From Oceanispirochaeta sp. (GTDB lineage Bacteria; Spirochaetota; Spirochaetia; DSM-2461): a stretch of 64,000 nt of DNA. The stretch covers positions 1,152,001 through 1,216,000 of the forward strand of contig CAXXXD010000003.1 in assembly GCA_963663385.2 (NCBI GenBank). The letters are read 5' to 3'. A model generated the notes under the pieces. The model was not told the DNA's origin and searched no databases. It saw nothing but the letters and a program-made list of their open reading frames with translations. Of the stretch, positions 58,561 through 64,000 are shown piece by piece; within the stretch, counting starts at the first letter, position 1, and the number at the start of each line of letters is the position of its first letter. The translations under genes were made by a program, and so were the position numbers.

Positions 58561-60021
58561 TTACTCCTCCAAAGCCGATTTGTAGACTTCAAGGTATTTA
58601 TCGGCGGATGGTCCCCATGAGAAATCCTGATTCATGGCAAGCTGCCGCATCTGACTGATCACTTCAGGCTTCTCATACCAGAAGGAACAAGCCCGTTTCA
58701 GCGATTTCAGCAGGGCGGAGCCGGATATTTCATCAAAAAGGAAACCGGTTCCGTTTTCGTTATTCTCATCGGATTCCCTGACAGTGTCCGCTAATCCCCC
58801 TGTACGTCTTACAATAGGTATGGTCCCGTATTTCAAAGAATAGAGCTGGTTCAAACCACAGGGTTCATAACGGCTGGGCATCATAAAAAAATCCGAACCT
58901 GCTTCTATCAGATGGGAGAGATAATCATTATATGTAATTCTGACAGCCAGATTAGGAAGCTTTTCCGCTAACCGAAGCAGTTCGATTTCGCACCATTCTT
59001 CTCCTGTCCCGAGGATCACAACCTGCACTTTATTATTCCGGCAGAAATCTTCCAGGATACCTGAATCGGGACCGCAAAGCTCCGGGATCCCCTTTTGAAA
59101 AACGAGACGACTAACCATGGAAAATACAGGTACATCACTGGATTCCTGTAGACCCATCTCCTTTTGCAGCAGCTTTTTAACATGCTTCTTTTCCCCGATA
59201 GTAGATTCTGTATAGTTATACGGTCTGATATATTCATCCGTTTCAGGATTCCAGTCGTTATAATCCACTCCGTTGACTATTCCAATAAGATGATCCTTTC
59301 GTTTTTCAAGTTCAGCATCCAACCCATAACCGTATTCCTCAGTTTGAATCTCCCTGGCATAAGTAGGGGAGACTGTTGTTATGCTGTTACAGTTGGCTAT
59401 CCCGGCTTTCAGATAGTTCATCATACTGTTTTCCCTGAATCCAAACCGGCTTACATCATCTTCCGTAAGACCGGTCCATGGGAGTTCCCTCAAAGAGAAT
59501 AATCCCTGGTAGCCAATATTATGTATGGTAAAAACAGAACCGGATCTTTTCCTACTCTTCTGTTTTCTGAGAAATACAGGATTTAATCCTGTTGGCCAGT
59601 CATGGCTATGATAGATATCAGGTTCCCATCCTATCAGGTCATTCAGGCAGAGTGCCGCCTGGCAGAGAAGACCATACCGTATGCCGTTATCAGGGTAAGC
59701 CGCAGAAGCAGTAGGTCCATATATGCCCTCCCTGTCAAAATATTTCCTGCTGCAAAGAAAATATACGGGGACCGTTGAATCCGGTAATTCTGATTTGTAA
59801 AGGGATGTCTTTTCTGTATGATTATCAAAATAGACCCTGAAATCATCGGAAACCAAGGTAAGGGACGTTTTATCAATGAATCCGTATAGGGGCATCAGTA
59901 TGCGGACATCCGTATTCTTCCGACTCAGGGCAATGGATAAGGCGCTTACCATATCTGCCAGTCCACCTGATTTGGCAAAGGGGACGGTTTCGCTTGTAAT
60001 CATCAGGACATTATAGGACAT
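58561..60021 (-). CDS. glgA: Glycogen synthase
   Basis: PFAKSGGLAD, HDW, TIHNIGYQG, PSRYEPCGL. Confidence 0.95.
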   Translation of the reverse strand: MSYNVLMITSETVPFAKSGGLADMVSALSIALSRKNTDVRILMPLYGFIDKTSLTLVSDDFRVYFDNHTEKTSLYKSELPDSTVPVYFLCSRKYFDREGIYGPTASAAYPDNGIRYGLLCQAALCLNDLIGWEPDIYHSHDWPTGLNPVFLRKQKSRKRSGSVFTIHNIGYQGLFSLRELPWTGLTEDDVSRFGFRENSMMNYLKAGIANCNSITTVSPTYAREIQTEEYGYGLDAELEKRKDHLIGIVNGVDYNDWNPETDEYIRPYNYTESTIGEKKHVKKLLQKEMGLQESSDVPVFSMVSRLVFQKGIPELCGPDSGILEDFCRNNKVQVVILGTGEEWCEIELLRLAEKLPNLAVRITYNDYLSHLIEAGSDFFMMPSRYEPCGLNQLYSLKYGTIPIVRRTGGLADTVRESDENNENGTGFLFDEISGSALLKSLKRACSFWYEKPEVISQMRQLAMNQDFSWGPSADKYLEVYKSALEE

Positions 60022-60069
60022 GGCTTACTTCCTTATTCTGAGTCTACCAATAAATTAACATCTAACGGC

Positions 60070-61737
60070 TTATTCTTCCAGTGGAATCGGTAAAGTTCCA
60101 ATGGGATTGAAATCTCCCCGGATTGCAGCAAACCCGGACATATAGGATTCCTTGCCCGTTCCGTATACAGCTACAGCATCTTTAACCCAGGGCAGTTCAT
60201 TCATATAGACGGGAGTAAGAGAGGATAGGATTATTATCTTGTCGGCCAGTACTTCCAATTCCGAAAGGATTCTTAAATCCTGATAGCGGGAAAGACTGAA
60301 AAGAATATAATCATAGCCGGAAGATAAACTTAAAAGATCATCTATCAGGGACCACTTTTCTGATGTATCAAAGGAGTAGGGAATACGGAATATATCCGAA
60401 TCCGGAAAAAACTGAGTTCCCCACGAGCGATAGTCAGAAAAAAGCCCGGCAATAAGAACACGTTTGGATTCTGAGATGGGTATGTTTTCCTTTCTGATAA
60501 AAGTTGTACTGCGGGCGGCCTGATTAAAGAAAAAATCCTGACTCCCTTCTGCAGGGATAATGCTTTTTTCTTCCTGATACTCCGGAATCAGAGGAACCGG
60601 ATCTTCTCTTTTCAGATAGGAAACTTTAGTATCCAGAACCCTGCGGGCTGCCTGATATACTATTTCATAAAATTCAGGTTCTTCTTTCATCATGGGAAGA
60701 AGATAGTTCCATATCTTTTCATGTTCAGAAGGATTCCTGCTTACAAGCAGAAAATCGCTTCCGGAACGTAGAGCTGTTTCACAGACAACCGGTAAACTAC
60801 TGTTCCGGTACTGTGCACCATGCATAACAAGGTCATCAGTTATAATAAGACCTTCAAAGCCCATTTCCTCCCTGAGGATATCTTTCAGAAAAACAGAACT
60901 GAGGGAAGCCGGGATTTCATCTCCAGTGATATTGGGAAAAGCCAGGTGCCCGGCCATAATGGCAGGAAGCCCTTCCTTGATCATCATACGATACGGCACA
61001 AGATCATTATGTTCCAGAAAATCCCTGTCCGAAAGGATAACAGGAAGAGTCCCATGGGAATCCTTGTCTGCATTTCCATGACCAGGAAAGTGTTTCGCCG
61101 TACTGATGACACCGGCTTCATCCATACCCTTGAAAAAGGCTGTACCCAGAAGTCCCGTCTGAACCGGATTGTCAGAAAACGCTCTGGGACCGACTACATC
61201 AGCCAGGGGATTTAGAAAGACATCCACTGTGGGGGCAAAATTCATATTGATACCGAGAGCCCGGAGTTCCTTACCTATATAGAGGCCGGTATTATAGGCA
61301 TCGTAGGGAAGACCCGAGGCTCCGATTGCCATATTACCGGGTGTAATCGAAGTGTTTCCTTTTATATGCCTGACCCATCCGCCTTCCTGATCTGTTGCCA
61401 CAATAAGGGGAATCTTTAAATCAGTCCCGGTTGCCGCCCTCTGCATTGCGGCTATGGTATCCGAAAGAACATTCAGATCATTTGCATTCCAGCCAAAAAC
61501 CTTGATACCGCCAACTTTATATTCGGTAATCCATTCCAATATTGTTTCGGAGGCTGTTTCGCCCATATACCCCAGCATCAGAACCTGTCCGAGAAGGGCT
61601 TCCGGGTCCATCTGCTCTAATAATCTGTCAACAAGCTCGTCCTCGGGGAGATCCGATTCAAATGTTATCTGCTGGGAATATAAAAATGCTCCTGCATAAA
61701 ACAACAGGAGCAGATAAATACTAATTGTTCTTATCAC
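60070..61737 (-). CDS. Exported GH3 beta-N-acetylhexosaminidase (NagZ-like)
   Basis: DQEGG, KHFPGHG....DSH, ITDDL; signal peptide; GTG start. Confidence 0.88.
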   Translation of the reverse strand: MIRTISIYLLLLFYAGAFLYSQQITFESDLPEDELVDRLLEQMDPEALLGQVLMLGYMGETASETILEWITEYKVGGIKVFGWNANDLNVLSDTIAAMQRAATGTDLKIPLIVATDQEGGWVRHIKGNTSITPGNMAIGASGLPYDAYNTGLYIGKELRALGINMNFAPTVDVFLNPLADVVGPRAFSDNPVQTGLLGTAFFKGMDEAGVISTAKHFPGHGNADKDSHGTLPVILSDRDFLEHNDLVPYRMMIKEGLPAIMAGHLAFPNITGDEIPASLSSVFLKDILREEMGFEGLIITDDLVMHGAQYRNSSLPVVCETALRSGSDFLLVSRNPSEHEKIWNYLLPMMKEEPEFYEIVYQAARRVLDTKVSYLKREDPVPLIPEYQEEKSIIPAEGSQDFFFNQAARSTTFIRKENIPISESKRVLIAGLFSDYRSWGTQFFPDSDIFRIPYSFDTSEKWSLIDDLLSLSSGYDYILFSLSRYQDLRILSELEVLADKIIILSSLTPVYMNELPWVKDAVAVYGTGKESYMSGFAAIRGDFNPIGTLPIPLEE

Positions 61738-61761
61738 ACCTTACCTCAAATCATTTGAGGT

Positions 61762-62694
61762 TTAAATATAGGCTTCTCCTTTGAGGTCGTCAATATAACC
61801 GGCTGCTTTATGAGCTGCAATCGCACCATCAGAAGCTGCAACAATAAGTTGACGGAAGGGGGTATCCCTTACATCACCTATTGCATACAGTCCCTTTACG
61901 GAAGTTTCCATATTTTTATCAGTTTTTATATAACCTGCTTCATCTTTTTCAATATCTGGTACAAGCTGAGTCTGAGGAACGGAGCCAACAAAGATAAACA
62001 CAGCGTCGAAGTTTTCATCACTGGTTTCTCCAGTTTCCGTATTACTGAGAGATACAGTATTTAACTTGGTTTCATCACCCTTGATTTCCTTCACCACCGT
62101 GTTGAAGCGAACTTCAATATTGGGATTATTCAGAACTTTTTCGGCAACTGCCTTTTGAGCACGGAATCTGTCACGGCGATGAATCATGACAACCTGATCT
62201 GTCAGGTTCGCCAGATAGTTGGCTTCATCACAAGCCGCATCACCCCCGCCGACAACCAGCATTTTCTTGTTCTTGAAAAATGGTCCGTCACAGGTTGCAC
62301 AATAGGAAACACCTTTCCCGGAAAATTCCTCCTCTCCGGGAACACCAAGATGGCGATGTTTTGCTCCAGTTGCGATAACAACAGTTTTTGCTGCAACTTT
62401 TTCTTTTGATGTTTCAATCTGGAAGGTATTTCCTTCTTTAACAATTCCTTTCACAGATGCTGTCAGAAATTCCGCTCCGAATTTCTGTGCCTGTTTATGC
62501 ATATCCATGGAGAATTGAAAACCGTTTACAGGTTCAGGGAATCCGGGATAGTTTTCAAGATCTGCTATCAACAGGGCCTGTCCTCCCGGCGCCATTTCTT
62601 CAATTACCAGAGTACTCAGATTTGAACGGGCTCCATATTGAGCTGCTGTAAGCCCTGCGATACCACCACCTATAATGACCAGATCTTTTTCCAT
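61762..62694 (-). CDS. trxB: Thioredoxin-disulfide reductase
   Basis: GGGIAG, ENYPGF, GVSYCATCDG, GGGD, HRRD. Confidence 0.95.
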   Translation of the reverse strand: MEKDLVIIGGGIAGLTAAQYGARSNLSTLVIEEMAPGGQALLIADLENYPGFPEPVNGFQFSMDMHKQAQKFGAEFLTASVKGIVKEGNTFQIETSKEKVAAKTVVIATGAKHRHLGVPGEEEFSGKGVSYCATCDGPFFKNKKMLVVGGGDAACDEANYLANLTDQVVMIHRRDRFRAQKAVAEKVLNNPNIEVRFNTVVKEIKGDETKLNTVSLSNTETGETSDENFDAVFIFVGSVPQTQLVPDIEKDEAGYIKTDKNMETSVKGLYAIGDVRDTPFRQLIVAASDGAIAAHKAAGYIDDLKGEAYI

Positions 62695-62852
62695 ATTTTA
62701 TATATCTCCTTAACGCTATATATGATTCCATGAAGTTACAGGTATAATATAACAACTACTTAAACAATAGGCAAATTCCTGTTAAGTCTATTATGTTCTA
62801 TTTTGCACTATTACACATTTAAAATAGACTACAGATGAAATATAATGCAATT

Positions 62853-64000
62853 ATGATCTGTAATAAAGTTGGAAAAATCCTATTCTCTCTTATTCTGATA
62901 CTTCTCGAAGCAGGTCAGGTAGATGCCCTGAACGTTCCTTTTCAGAGCAATCCCCGTATAGCGGAAATGGGTCTTATAGCAGAGCCGTTAAATACACAGG
63001 AACTCATAATACTCCTCCTTCTGGCATCCGGAACGGATAATGAGGAAATCCCCGCAAATACAGAAAGACTTGGAGCGCTTATTGCCGAGCTTCCAGTCTA
63101 CATTCAGGAAAGGAAGGGTGACGTACCGACTGGTGAAGCTGTTTTAATTTACCTTCATGAAAAAGTATTGAAGAATTATAGACTGGACCAAACCCGGTTG
63201 GATGTGCTGTTGGATACGGGGAGTTATAATTGTGTCTCCTCCGCAGCTCTCTACCTGTTGCTCAGCCGTTCTATAAACCTGGAAACCTTTGGAATCCATT
63301 CCGTGGATCACGTATTCTGTGCAGTAAAACCTTCCGGAAGTTCAGTAGCGATAGATGTTGAAACTACAAATATATGGGGATATAACCCGGGTGAAAAAAA
63401 GGATTTTGAATCAGAATTTACAAGCAGTACAGGTTATGTCTATGTTCCACCCGGAGATTACTCAAACAGAATCAAACTCGAGGATAAGGACATGGCCGGT
63501 TTAATTCTACAAAACCGGATTGTGGAACTGCAGAAGAAAAACAGATATATAGAGGCTCTATCTTTAGCCGCGGATCGTCTGTCTCTAACCGGATCCAGAC
63601 AGGCGGAAAAAGACTACTTTGATTCGGTTCAGAATTTAGCCGCCTGGTATAACAACCTCCATCAATATGAAGAGGGGATTCTTGTTATAAATACAGCGGA
63701 AAAAGGGTCCTTTGAACTCCCGTCATTCCTGAAAGAAACACGGTATCAGCTGGTTTACAATCTATGTGGTTCAATACTGAATAGAGGTGATACAGATCTG
63801 GCTGAAAAACTGCTGCTGGAGTATCAGCAGCTCCTGCCGGAAAACGTCTTTCAGGAACTTTCCTTTTTAATAGAAGAGAAACGTCTGGATCAACTCATTA
63901 AAGAAGGATATTCCGAATCCACTGTAAATGAAATCGAAGCCTCCTTTTCCATGGGTCTTATAACAGAAAAGAGGGCTGCAGAAATGATAACATACCTATT
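62853..64000 (+). CDS. Exported transglutaminase-like (Cys-His-Asp/Glu) protein with TPR-like helices; runs off the window end
   Basis: Open frame from ATG 62853 (MICNKVGKILFSLILILL...), absent from the ORF track because it has no stop; contains GSYNCVSS, DHVFC, DVETTN. Confidence 0.75.
   Translation, partial: MICNKVGKILFSLILILLEAGQVDALNVPFQSNPRIAEMGLIAEPLNTQELIILLLLASGTDNEEIPANTERLGALIAELPVYIQERKGDVPTGEAVLIYLHEKVLKNYRLDQTRLDVLLDTGSYNCVSSAALYLLLSRSINLETFGIHSVDHVFCAVKPSGSSVAIDVETTNIWGYNPGEKKDFESEFTSSTGYVYVPPGDYSNRIKLEDKDMAGLILQNRIVELQKKNRYIEALSLAADRLSLTGSRQAEKDYFDSVQNLAAWYNNLHQYEEGILVINTAEKGSFELPSFLKETRYQLVYNLCGSILNRGDTDLAEKLLLEYQQLLPENVFQELSFLIEEKRLDQLIKEGYSESTVNEIEASFSMGLITEKRAAEMITYL

Noticed and set aside
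1..64000. Numerous 60-260 aa antisense or alternate-frame ORFs in the track (e.g. 3135..3920 minus, 35059..35724 plus)
   Set aside because: They lie over well-supported genes and show no recognisable motifs or SD; treated as shadow ORFs
1..64000. CRISPR arrays, tRNA/rRNA, IS elements, integrases, prophage genes
   Set aside because: None recognised by eye; no regularly spaced repeats or transposase motifs seen

Overview
A gene-dense 64 kb bacterial chromosomal segment with about 50 CDS. Gene content (many lipoproteins, a Maf flagellin-modification protein, a secA-divergent lipoprotein operon) suggests a free-living spirochaete, but this is inference. I saw no rRNA, tRNA, CRISPR array, transposase or phage genes. 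Main blocks in order: (1) 79-11744, a tightly coupled operon of lipoprotein, TolC, adaptor, two Ig-like (Big_5-type) lipoproteins and two short, divergent RND permeases; (2) lepB-PBP-maf, followed by a sigma28-type promoter and terminator that frame a ~70 nt candidate sRNA; (3) a LysM/M23 peptidase, unannotated small ORFs and a truncated MocR-type regulator; (4) secA, which looks leaderless; (5) glgC, mrfAB-like helicase/exonuclease, NUDIX, LOG, THUMP methyltransferase, hrpB; (6) a metzincin lipoprotein and partner carrying an AT-rich internal segment; (7) TetR, MATE, and a P-loop kinase plus GH13_18 phosphorylase behind a 34 bp LacI-type palindrome; (8) a cluster of micro-ORFs, then GH65/pgmB, MFS, an atypical class III cyclase, cobO, glgA, GH3, trxB and a transglutaminase-like gene cut by the window end. 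The best candidates for undescribed biology are the RND/Ig-lipoprotein operon, the sigma28 sRNA, the mosaic protease pair and the small-ORF loci. All calls come from reading motifs by eye; no searches were run.
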